Positions 38,016-49,600 of a stretch of 64,000 nucleotides of DNA are shown here, in pieces. The notes beneath the pieces are model-generated. The model was not told where the DNA came from. It saw only the letters and a program-made list of their open reading frames with translations, and ran no database searches. Origin of the DNA: Daphnia carinata (taxonomy: Eukaryota); NCBI RefSeq assembly GCF_022539665.2, contig NC_081333.1, positions 8,246,001 to 8,310,000 on the forward strand. The letters run 5' to 3'. Within the stretch, counting starts at the first letter, position 1. Each line of letters starts with the position of its first letter. Made by a program: the position numbers and the translations under genes.

Positions 38016-39383
38016 GTTAACCAGATGCAATTTTAACACTTCACATTTGTTCAAAACTGTATGTCAGCCACTAAGTCAGTGTTACTTATCACTTTTCTTT
38101 TCACTCTACTCTTCAGTTAATTTCTTATCACTTCCGCTTTATCTGATAAGCATATGTAGTGTACGTCGGCGAGTTATCTCCCCCCCCCTGTTGCATCACA
38201 TCGGAATAAAATGTTGAGATTCATGTTAGTTATAGACCTAATTGTATTTGACTGATCGGTGAGAAACATTCATTGTCGGTTGCATCTTAGGGTTATACCG
38301 TTACGTGGATAGACTTCTCTGTTTGCTTATAACGCAAGGTTTTTCACAACTAAAACCTTGTGCAATTTGCTGAGTGCCGGATGTGTACTCATATTCTATT
38401 AAGTAAATGCATTGTTAGAGATTAGATTAGAGCTAAAGGCGCGTTCTCTAGCTCATATTGCGCTGAAAAGGAAAGCAATACTTTTTGGCTAATATAAGGC
38501 AACGAACGGATATCTTGATGAAATGTTCTGTAGCTTAGCGGAATAAAATCGTTTACGTTCATTATTTTTGTTGTAGCATTTAGAAAATCATGCTAATCAC
38601 TGAGTGACGTCACAATAAATTTCACTTTACCATTTCAGAATCATTTTGCGATGTACAGTGGACCGACCGTTCGCCTTGTTAAGGTAACGTGCGCCCGTTG
38701 CATACGGGCGCAGATGCCAAAGATAGCACCACCCGTCCAAGAGTAGTTAGTACGCTCAAATGGTTTTATGATTGTAATTGTCGTAGTCGCAGAAACCGAG
38801 TCAAAGGTTGTTTTTTTTTCGAGACTGTTGGTCATGTCGAAAAATTCGGTTTTTCCGTTAAAGAGTGAACTATTGGCGCACAGTTTTAAAAAATGAAATT
38901 AGGCCTCGAATTTTTAACTGTAAATGAATGCAAGTTTTCACCGGTAAAACATGCGTCATTGAATTACTGTCAACTACTATAAACGAATCAGTTTTCTAAC
39001 GCGTACAAAATACGTTATTATTGGCAGGACGCGAGATAATGTTTACTTTAGCTTTTGGTCCCCTTATCAAGATAAGTTGACTAACGAGTCAGCCAAGGAA
39101 ATGTATATTTAAAAATTTTTGTGCGTGTCATTATAGCATTCGAAAAAGGCATAAGGGTCAACTAGTTTTCGATGTGTGTTTTTTCTCATGATTTTGAAAA
39201 GCGTTACATTAAACAGCAGTTCTGGTGTTTTCTCTCGCTGTTTTTGTCCTTGATCAACTAAAGTATTTCGTTCCGACTATCTCCTTGATAATAAACAGAA
39301 AGGAGACGCGCTGGATTCTCTCCAAATTGATTCGTATAATTTGTTTGTGCTCCATGTCGAATAAGTAGTAGCAGGATTCCAAC

Positions 39384-39623
39384 CGACTCGACTTTTCCAG
39401 TCCAGCCCGACATTTCTTAGGCTGGACTTATTTAGTCGGGCTTAAAAATTTTTTCTGCAAAACCTGACACTCACCGGAATTGGTTTAATATCTCAGGATA
39501 TACTCAAGATTTAATGCTGATTCCGGGGAAATTGTTTTTTTTTCCATTAAGTCAACCGTTTTTTAAATATACTGAATATTTTTGCTGCATCGCGCTAGCG
39601 CTGTAACGTACTGGCGCGCTAGC
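39384..39623. repeat. Partial copy of the palindromic element at 45173-45833, in inverted orientation
   Basis: 39435-39623 matches the reverse complement of ~45493-45675, including the core gctagcgctgtaacgtactggcgcgctagc. Confidence 0.85.
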
Positions 39624-39875
39624 TTAATGGATATATTCGTGCACAATCACCACTCCAGCGCCACTTGGTATCCGCGGCGAAATAGCACTTCGTGACACTA
39701 AAATCCCGTTGATCTACAGAGCAGTTTTTTCGTTGAATAATCATTGTAAAAGTACATCTTGGTTCTCGGATTGCCTGCGGTTGTATTTACTAGAATAGTT
39801 TCATTCACCCGTTTGGACTGTTATGCTGTTCATGCTTGGAAAAGGGAGTTTATTTTAAACATTTTTTGTTCATAA

Positions 39876-41800
39876 TGGATTCTTGATATGTCTCATTAGA
39901 AGGATTTCACTTTCTTACTGGCATCCAGCAAACTATTACTTCGGTAAATATTTGTTAGTCACCCCTGGTTATGTTGTGAGTTTTACCATTTTTCACTTAG
40001 GTATCTACATGTGTGATTGACGGAACATATCTTGGAGACAGACTTGCCGCGATCGCGATCAAAAATTGATCGCCGATCCGATCTCCGATCAAAAAATTGA
40101 TCGCCGATCCGATCTTTTGAAAAAGATCGGAGATCGGATCGGCGATCCCAAAAAATTGATCGCGATCCGATCGTTTTTAGCGATCAAACTTTTCGCCATC
40201 TAGCTGTAGATTTTCAGCCGCAGGGTTCTATTTCACTGCTATTTATGCGAATGCCAATTGAAGGAAACTGTTTAGTGTTCACCCTCAATGGCCGCCAGTG
40301 ACTGTCGCTGTGACAGCCAATGCTATTTTCGCGAAACAGTGTAAATTTTTACCGTTAGATGCTGCACAAAAATGATCGCTAAAAATGATCGGCAAAATTT
40401 GATCGCCGATCCGATCTTTCGCAGTTTGATCGGATCGCCCGATCCGATCAAACTCAAAAGATCGGATCGGAGATCGCGATCGGAAAATTGATCGGCGCGG
40501 CAAGTCTGCTTGGAGAGGATATGGCAGGAAAACTCAGGCTGTTCAATCAAAATAAGCCCATTGTAAATCCAGCCATGCAGTTAGCCAACTAGTTTTATAT
40601 ACATCTGAAACTCAATGCAGTTTCTTTTACAGGTACAACACATTATGCTTGTGGGATTTGTAAGTTGTCAGATATCATAGGTAGTATGATTTAATATTGC
40701 AGCCTCATAGCCACAAATTATCGTTTAGCATTAGAGTAAATTATTCAGAAATATTTTTGGTGATCGGAAAACACTTTGAACTCAATTTTTTTATCAGTGT
40801 AAATCATTTCATACATAAACAGCTAGCACACTGTGAACTTCTAGATGGACTTAATCTGAGGAGCTGCTGTACCACATGAGCTCTTGACAGATTGAATCAG
40901 AAATTTGGCCATATTTTGTTTTTTTCTTGGACTCTTTTGTGTAAGTTAGTTGTAATGTGGTGTTTTGCTTGATGTTACACATCGTTTTTAGTCCATTCAT
41001 TGGTTTATGTGGAGCAATTGTCAATTGTACCTAGTAAGAGCATGTAGGTAATTGAGGCAAGTTTCTCTAAAGGAAGCTCTTTCATTTGCACTACATGAAC
41101 ACTTAATTATTGCTTTGATAATACCATCACTAGAAGAATAAAAGTGCACAGAAGTTGTTGCTTTTGGAAAATCCTGCAGCAGTTACTCAACATTTTTTTC
41201 TTTTTTCATTGTTATCTTTTCAAAATCTTATTCTCGTATGTTTATAATTTCTTTTTTTCTGATCATCATTATTGGATAACAGGTATCCTTATCACCAAAA
41301 TCAACTAACGGCGTAGCCTTATGGAAAATAGGGATTCATTTGGTTTTCCACTTGTTTTGCACAAGGTTTATGTATTTTTCCTACATCAGTATTATTTTAA
41401 AACCGGTTTCAGACGAATTGCTAACGTTCATGTCTACTTATTTATTCTAAAAGATGTTAGCCGTATCGGAAAGGAACGCTTCTACTGAACATAAAGTTGT
41501 CTGTTAGCATAACTAATTGGTGTTCATACTTTGTCGTATTTGGATTTCACTTAGAAATTCTGTCAGAAGCGTTTCAAGTATAAACTCCTAAAAGGATTAC
41601 ACACAAAACTGTTTAAAGTAAGTTCCACAAGTAAAAATGTTTTGTATTGATTTGCTTTTGTTTTGTCTTCTTAGGTAAATAGTCATAACAGATCGGAAAT
41701 GAGGTTTCAGAATGAGGCTGGATTTTATTTAAACCGACGTTTGGAAACACGATTGGAATTATCCATGAAGAGAATAACATTAGCTGGCGTAATGGTATTT
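39876..41800 (+). pseudogene. Degenerate multi-exon gene or spliced non-coding locus, interrupted by a MITE
   Basis: A series of GT-AG pairs spaced like the short introns elsewhere in the window (e.g. 39944-40000, ~40581-40632). In-frame stops are present and no family is recognisable. Confidence 0.3.
40039..40508. mobile_element. Non-autonomous hAT-type DNA transposon (MITE), 470 bp
   Basis: 13-bp TIRs CAGACTTGCCGCG/CGCGGCAAGTCTG, a perfect 8-bp TSD CTTGGAGA (40031-40038 and 40509-40516), and dense subterminal GATCG repeats. Confidence 0.92.
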
Positions 41801-42398
41801 GACGTACATAAATTGAAGTGCATATCTGGGCTCCCTTCCTTTCCGTAGCCCCGTTTCCCCTTGACTCGTAATAAGCCCGTAGGGGGTCATGCCCCTACTG
41901 TACGGTATATATAAAAACAACATATACCGAGGTTTGGAGGGCTCTGGCCGGAAAGGGGACGTGGGGTGCCGCTTCGTCCGATGATGTGTTCACGGAGGGT
42001 GACGTGGCTGCCCACAAATCCGAACTAAAGGTTAATCGCTCCTGTAAAAATGTTCCAAATCTTCAGCTCTTCTTCCGGCTTCTCTTAGCCAATCACCGGG
42101 TAATCTCCCCGGTGGGTCAACAAGGCAGTGTCTCCCCCTGCCTGGGTTGACGGCAACTTTTGAAAGGGCTATTGTGCCTTTTTAAAGTTGCAAAAATAAT
42201 TGTAATGTGCAGAGAATTGTCAATAAAATTTTTTTTATAAAATATTTTTTGCAAAATTCGTTTCTTTCATTGTCTGTGTTAGCTTTGTTCACACAATGCA
42301 TTTATCAATTTTTTTTTTTGGCTTCGCTTTATTGGTTTTTGTCACATTTGATGGTAAGGTGACGGGTATTGGTTTATCGTTTATCTGTAAGCATTCTA

Positions 42399-42468
42399 TT
42401 ATTATCCAGGGATCGAACCCTGGATGTTCGGCATGCCTCGCCGATGCTCTACCAATGAGCCACGAATC
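42399..42468 (-). pseudogene. tRNA-Ala(GGC)-like head
   Basis: D arm GCTC/GAGC, anticodon arm TCGGC-GAGGCAT-GCCGA, T arm CCAGGGTTCGATCCCTGG. The acceptor stem is degenerate. Confidence 0.65.
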
Positions 42469-42586
42469 ATTTGATTTTAAGTTGGCTTTTTTTTCTAGTC
42501 ACTTGTGGACTTGCATTTACACTTAGAATAAAACTGAAATGCAATTCTGCAATATACTCTTCTACATTATTCTACTTCATTTTTAC

Positions 42587-42656
42587 ACATCTAATGAGGT
42601 TTGAACCCAGGGTAACACGTATCGCAGATAAAAGCTCTACCACAGAGCTAAGAACC
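42587..42656 (-). pseudogene. Degenerate tRNA-like head
   Basis: A box TAGCTCTGTGG with D stem GCTC/GAGC and B box GGTTCAAACC. The anticodon arm has decayed. Confidence 0.55.
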
Positions 42657-42754
42657 TTATGGAAGCAATAGAAAGATAAACATATAGTTGTGAAAGACTG
42701 CATAAACATCCTAGACGATAACATATGATATGCGATAATAAAATATTTAGATAT

Positions 42755-42824
42755 ATCTCGTGGCTCAATGTTAGAGCATCGGCGTTGCACGTTGAATGTC
42801 TGGGGATCGGTTCCCATACGAGTA
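42755..42824 (+). pseudogene. tRNA-Ala(TGC)-like head
   Basis: CTCGT/ACGAG closing stem, D arm GCTC/GAGC, anticodon arm TCGGC-GTTGCAC-GTTGA and a degenerate T arm. Confidence 0.6.
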
Positions 42825-43509
42825 AAACAAAATACAAAATTACTTCATAAAATATCCAGATTGTTCCTTGAATCTAAGTTGAAGAATTCAAAGAGTGTAA
42901 TAAATAATACTTACAGATAAATGATAAACCAATGGAAACAATGATTACCATCAAAGGTGACAAAAACAATAAAGGTGAATTAAGCAAGCTAAATATAAAA
43001 AGTGTAACGTGTGAACACAGCGAATACAGACAATGAAAGAAACGAATTTTGCAAAAAATATTTTATAAAAAATATTTTATTGACAATTCTCTGCACATTA
43101 CAATTATTTTTGCAACTTTAAAAAGGCATAATAGCCCTTTCAAAAGTTGCCGTCAACCCAGGCAGGGGGAGACACTGCCTTGTTGACCCACCGGGGAGAT
43201 TACCCGGTGATTGGCTAAGAGAAGCCGGAAGAAGAGCTGAAGATTTGGAACATTTTTACAGGAGCGATTAACCTTTAGTTCGGATTTGTGGGCAGCCACG
43301 TCACCCTCCGTGAACACATCATCGGACGAAGCGGCACCCCACGTCCCCTTTCCGGCCAGAGCCCTCCAAACCTCGGTATATGTTGTTTTTATATATACCG
43401 TACAGTAGGGGCATGACCCCCTACGGGCTTATTATGAGTCAAGGGGAAACGGGGCTTCAGAAAAGAAGGGAGCCCAGATATGCACTTCAATTTTTTAAAT
43501 ATCAAATAC

Positions 43510-44970
43510 CGTCTGGGGAATCCGAATTAAGTATAGCAATGTCATGTCATCCATCCAATCAATACAATTTATTCAGTGTCTTGCCCCAACCAAGAATCTT
43601 TTCAGATCCAATGTTACTATTAACCTATATTGAGAAAAGAAAAACAACACCGTTAAACACATCAATTGTTGATCATGGAACTTACATGACTCATAGATTC
43701 AACTTCTGGTGGAAGCTTGGGAAAGGACATTCAAATTGCAGATTAACTTCATTGTATAAGGCTCTTGAATGATAAACTAGCACCTGTAGAATGTTGCATT
43801 GTTGATAGTTGTGTTCCCAGTACATGAAAATCCTTTCCTATTGGATAAAATTTTTTTTGGTAGATAAGACCTGGTTGGCAAAAAGGAGGAGAAATTCTTC
43901 GTCATAAATTCAAAATTATTTGAAGAAAAATCCTTTCATACCTAAAGAGTCCATGTATGATGTTCATCTCTGCAATAGCAGCAAAATTAAAACATCTTTA
44001 GGGCCATTTAAGTACCCAGTTTCCCCAACACTCTGAACGTAAAGGACAAGTTGTTCTTTAGACAGAGAAGCAGAATTATTTGAGGGTTCTAGCTGTGACA
44101 GAACTATAAAGGATTGCTGTTGTACTGGATTCATTAACACAAGATGGTACTTCTCATTAGGCAATTTGCATTACTCTATTAATTTACCTCACACCTTACG
44201 GTAATGCACTCTCAGTGTTTTTTCATCTGTAGGCTCACTCTTCCATCCTGTAACACTTCCAGACTTGATTTGATCCCCCGTTAAAATCTGTGAATGCAAA
44301 ATAATAGCATTAAAAATACTTTTTCGATAGACAAAAAACCGAAAAGTACCTAATCCATGTTTCATGTTGAACTCGTGCCATTTCTGGGTTTCTGTACCAC
44401 ACCTATTTTGGGCCCAAATACGTTCCCACAATTGTTCAGTTCCTTCACTGCATCAGCTTATTACTAACGATTCCTTTAGTGCAGCACTAACAGAATTTAA
44501 ATTTTAACACACTGTCATGTGGTGGACTGAATAACTAAGCAATAAATAACTGTTTTTTAAAATTCTATACTTATTTTGAATTCTTATTTGAAAACTTTAG
44601 GTACCTGGCTGTGTTCGCCTAATGCCAACTCATCCTCACGTTCAGTTACAGATGAGTTTTGAAAAACCTCCTTCACTGTTTGGAAACTGTTCCGTTCCAA
44701 TTTGTTCTTTTCCCCTAGCTGAGCTTGAAGACTCAAAATTTGAGCTACAAAACACGAATGAATAAAAGCAAATAAATAGAATCATTACGTGTTAGGCCTA
44801 CGATCCTTAGCTTTGTTATCTAATATTTTGTGTTGTTCCAATAACTGGGCCTGCAGCTTCATAATTTGATCTAATAAACAATAATTAATAATTGAAAACC
44901 AATATAATAATGTTTATACTTACCATTTTTTTGTTTTATTATCTTATCCATTTTTCAATTGTTCCTCCAT
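43510..44970 (-). pseudogene. Degenerate multi-exon gene with a coiled-coil-like N-terminus
   Basis: Exon-like segments MEEQLKNG*, DQIMKLQAQLLEQHKILDNKAK, QILSLQAQLGEKNKLE and LWERIWAQNRCG... are bounded by GT-AG short introns. Internal stops are present. Confidence 0.45.
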
Positions 44971-45172
44971 CCACGCGTTGTTCTCCAGCCACGCTACTCA
45001 ATTAACTGCTAATGGGATACAATTAACTCAAATTGCTTACATGCCTGTAATAACGAAACCGACTGATAGATGGCTACGGGTAGAAAAAAGAGAAAAAAGT
45101 GCGATTTTTTTTTTTTTTTTTTCGCCATTTTTTTTTTTTTTTTTCATGTAAAACGGATTGCCATATTGCCAT

Positions 45173-45833
45173 AATCCGGCTTACCCAAAATAAAAATAAA
45201 AAATATTGGCCTTTTTTTTGTTTTACTTTTATCGCCATCTACCGGTCACATTTCTAGTTAATTCTCTACAAACACTGACAGAAAATTTTTTTAAGCCCGA
45301 CGAAATAAGTCCGACTTAAATAAGCCCAACTTTTCTCGGTCGGGTTTAAAAACATTTTCTGAAAAAACTGACACTCATCGGAATTGGTTGAGTATCACAG
45401 GATACACTCAAAATTGAATGCTGATTCCGGGAAATTGCTATATTTTACATTAAGTTAATCATTTTTAAAATACACCGAGTATTTTTCGGAATGCTAGCGC
45501 GCCAGTACGGTACAGCGCTAGCGTTATGCGGTAAAATTTAGTATTTCAAAAACGATTAACTTAATGAAAAAAATAGCAATTTTACCGGAATCAGCATTCA
45601 ATTTTAAGTATATCCTGTGATATTCAACCAATTCCGATGAGTTTCAGTTTTTTCAGAAAAAATTTTTAAGCCCGACCGACAAAAGTCGGGCTTGTTTAGT
45701 CGGACTTATTTTAATCAGGCTTAAATTTTTTTTCATGTGTAGAGAATTAAATAGAATGTGACCGGTAGATGGCGATAGCAGTAAACAGAAAAAAAGGCCA
45801 ATATTTTTATTTTTATTTTGAGTAAACCGGATT
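45173..45833. mobile_element. ~660-bp imperfect palindrome (foldback/MITE-like element)
   Basis: Left arm aatccggcttacccaaaataaaaataaaaaatattggcc...; right arm ...ggccaatatttttatttttattttgagtaaaccggatt; centre 45493-45522. Confidence 0.85.
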
Positions 45834-45848
45834 GCCAAATAGCGTTCA

Positions 45849-46007
45849 CAGATGTCCCTAAATAATCGAAAAATAATCGCGATTAAAAATTAAAATTTTT
45901 AATATAATCGCTGATTTCGATTATTTACAAATGTTTTAATCACCGATTAAAGTTTTAACTGAAAGCGCAATCGCGATTAATTTTCAATCGTGATTACGGC
46001 AGGTCTG
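45849..46007. mobile_element. Fragment of a hAT-MITE related to 40039-40508
   Basis: Ends in CGGCAGGTCTG (compare CGGCAAGTCTG) and has repeated AATCG/CGATT subterminal motifs. No matching left TIR or TSD. Confidence 0.5.
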
Positions 46008-46642
46008 TTCCCACGACGCGACGCTGGGGCGTACTGGCTCGCTAGTTTTTAAACTGTTTTTAAAGTTTTTTTTAGGAAATTAAACTCCTACGTCAAAGTA
46101 AAATCAACCGTCGTCATTACCGTTGGAATAATAGTCTAAATTATATAAATTTTACTAGATCTAGATTTTTACGAAAATGACAAGTGGGAAGGCCATACTC
46201 TTATTTTTTTCAACATCTGCAAAAAACGAAATTTTTTGGAATTGTTTGAATATCACACATTATTTTATTAATTCGAGCATTTCGATGTGATATATCATAT
46301 CGGTTTCTGTCATGTTTTCCGATACAATACATCGATAATCGATATTCCTACTTGTAAGCAATGGGACTCATAAGACCATAACCTTTTTGTTGGCAGCGTG
46401 TTGGTACATAATTCGCGGGCTTTGGTTCAGATTGAGTAAGCAATCAGTCCTGCATAAATGCCAAACGAATGTGTAAAACCCTTCGAATACCATGGCCCCG
46501 ACATATTTTGGTATAAACCTTGTTAGTTTATTAGATAGACTTCTCTCAACAGTTATAACTCCGCCCTTCCTTCGGACATAGAAGAATTAAGCATCCAAAG
46601 TATGGAGGGAAGTAAATGAAAAACTTATTGACTTCACAATAA

Positions 46643-49600
46643 TCATCTTCGTCGCCGGGTTCCTCTCCATTTCAATGTCGTAAAACTGTTTTGTGTTTGA
46701 GAAATATTATTCCAAGCCTCGGTTGTTGACGAAGTAGGGGGTTTATGTTGATTTACACTCTCCAGTTCTCCTGGAGGTTTAGCCAGAACATTTTCCATCG
46801 TATCGATTATATTATGCCCTTCAGCCTCACATGGAACTGTTGTATAAAATGCTAAGAAACCTGACGGAAGGTGAAATGGCTAGAAGAACATTTAACCACC
46901 ATAAGTAATATGATATTCTGAATACCTTTGTGTTTCACCGCATCGTTGCTAACTGCATTAGTTGTAAATCGAACAAGCAGTTGGTTACTTTTGCTAGTAA
47001 ACGACACTGGCTTGGATTTTCGACCTGACAGTTCTACAAGGAGTGATGAGTTGAGTGTCGGTCCATCATAGATCTATACGTCAAGTTATTCCGGTTTTAG
47101 CCGCAACAAAAATTGCCAGTATTAGTGCTTCTTTGAGCTCCCCAGTACCACAATACATACATACCGTCACAAAATCGTGGTCTCTTTTAATATCGAAGTA
47201 AACGAACGTCAATCGGATCTGAGAAGAATTGTCAACACGAATAGTCCAACGGCAATCCATTAAAGACGAATACCAATCGGTATTATCCTTGTGGCTGGAA
47301 AATGTATCACTAGGGCTAGTAAGATTATCTGAGCATTCTTCCATGGGAGACATCTAAACATGGTGAAACATCATTAACTTATGGGGGTAATACATGACCG
47401 TTGTTTTACGAGTTACATTTAAAATGTTCCAGGAATATTCTCTTTCCCTCTCTAGAGAATTCCATGCTGGAAATTTCACGAGCGTCTTTCTTCCGTACGA
47501 ATAAACAGAGGCCCTTGAAGAGCCATTATAAACCAAGGCACCATTTTCCGACCAGCCATCATAAACCTAAAGAGGAGCACAGCATAGATCAATGTGCTTT
47601 GCTTATAAAGAAATTAGGAACTGAAAATCCTCATTAACAAGACAAAATAATTACAACAAAGAAAATTACATGACCCATTCTTACAATGATAGGGAAAGGA
47701 ATGATCCCTCCTGAGGCACTAGTTATTAATGTGCTGCTTGTTGACGCAACACTCTCAATGTACCACATGCACTCGGAGGTACTTCTGTCAATCGGTGGAT
47801 AAGCAGGTTTAAATATTTCTCTTGCATTCTTATGTATGTATCCTCCGCATCCTTTGGAGAGACAGTAAACGGAATGGATTAATCGTCGGACGGAAACCTT
47901 TTCAATGGCCGTAAACAAAAACAAATAAAGATTACCAGCAACGAATGGAGTTCCAGTATTTTTAACCTAAATAAATTAAAATGTTTTTTCGGAGTTTCAT
48001 ATCGTGTTAAAAACAAATATAGTTTAGTAGGTACACTAATGTAATGTGCCGTGAAGAGTTTTCCTTGTGGGTAGTTATAGTACTGATGTTGAGGAATCAA
48101 TTGAATGAAAAGCTTGTTGCTTCGTGATCGCATCGAATGTGGTGGTTGGAAACCACTATGTTCAACCAGCACAGGACTAGTGGAATAAGGCCCATCGTAC
48201 ACCTAATGCAAACCTCTTTATGGCGGATAGCAATTCAACCATAACAAGGAAAAATTTACCTTTAGACGATAGTGACTTTCGATAAGGTAAGCATCAAAAG
48301 TCAGCCAAATAGTAGCATTTTTCTCTACCACTATAAGCCATGTGGAACCGCCGTAGCAGCCATCATAATCGACAGAACGTAAAGTACCGGAAGCTGAAGT
48401 GAGTATGTTGCAGCAAATAAAACCAACTACAAGGAAATATGTTGACATTATTTTAGCAATAAGAAAAATAATAATAATAATGATTAAAATAAATAAATAC
48501 AAAATTTAAGGATTTCTTAAGTGTAAGTTCGGTTTCCTTATCTTACCTACTCCTGATGTAAAAATCTCGAGAGAAGATGAACTTCCTTTTTGCAAATAAG
48601 CATATTCAGGCTCAATTTCCAATTTATATTTTTGGCACATATCGAGTGGCTCCCATACTATACTTCTGCAGGAGTTCGAGTTCGTTTCATTGCCAAAGAA
48701 AGAAAGTGTGGTTGAAAACGAATTTTTATAGGCATTTTCGATGCAATCACTCGGAACGATGAGCGAACGTAGTAGACTATCCGATTCATCCTCATAAATT
48801 CGTAAATTAACTGATGTCATCAACTGAGCGCAATCCTCGGACCGGACGCTCCATTTTAATGTAAGTATGTTGGTGGAACTAGGTGTGAAAACCTGTTCCA
48901 AAGAAACTAGATCAGTGGTATTTCCTGTCAACTAAAAGTCGAAAACTCGTAAATGATCCTGAAAGGAAAGTAATTATTATAGAATATGTTACGCGTGGCA
49001 GAACTGTGATCTCGACGACAGATGGTTGACCAAGAAGTGTTAAGTAGATTGGTATGATTTCGATCGTGTAAACTTTGCACTCCACCAGACTAGCCAAGGG
49101 AAACGAGCAAGGCCCTTTAGAAGACGATGGCAAATTAAACGAAAAGACATTTCCCGATTTCTTCAGGCACTCCTTAGGTATCCGAACGGTAAGATGACTA
49201 TCCATTTGTTTAAAACTCTTCGTGTGTCGTAGGATCGTAAATTCGTTTCGAAGAGAAATTCGAATCCACACGGCTTGCCAATACTTTTGACAACTCCTCA
49301 ATTCGAACTGCACACTCAACGTTCCATTCTCGTTCAATATCGCTTCGGGGTCAAGTAGGATGCCAGTAGGCTCTGTTATGAAAATAAATATCAAATTCAT
49401 CCCTCATAGGCGTTTGCATGGATTGCGATACCTGAAATATTGTTACTATTCAGTTGTGCTAACACGCACTTTATTGCGCCCTGGAGATCATTAACGGCTT
49501 CACTGACGAATCTTTGTGTCGCTGGCTGGTCCATATCTGATGGGGGAAAAACGCAATCGGGGTGTTTAATTTTGCAACAGTATAACTTGCCAGCTCTTGG

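Larger units (their letters stand above)
41794..43510. repeat. 1.7-kb inverted repeat (foldback): near-identical arms ~41810-42293 and ~43009-43493
   Basis: The arms are reverse complements, and the core 41869-42173 appears identical by eye. Inner portions (42300-42470 versus 42755-43005) are diverged inverted copies. Confidence 0.95.

Noticed and set aside
40285..40550. Arg/Asp/Ile-rich ORFs
   Set aside because: Translations of the GATC repeats within the MITE.
40795..41810. Faint GH18 chitinase-like words (LDGLNL, LAGVMVFDV)
   Set aside because: No DxDxE motif and the frames are broken, so it is too weak to assign.
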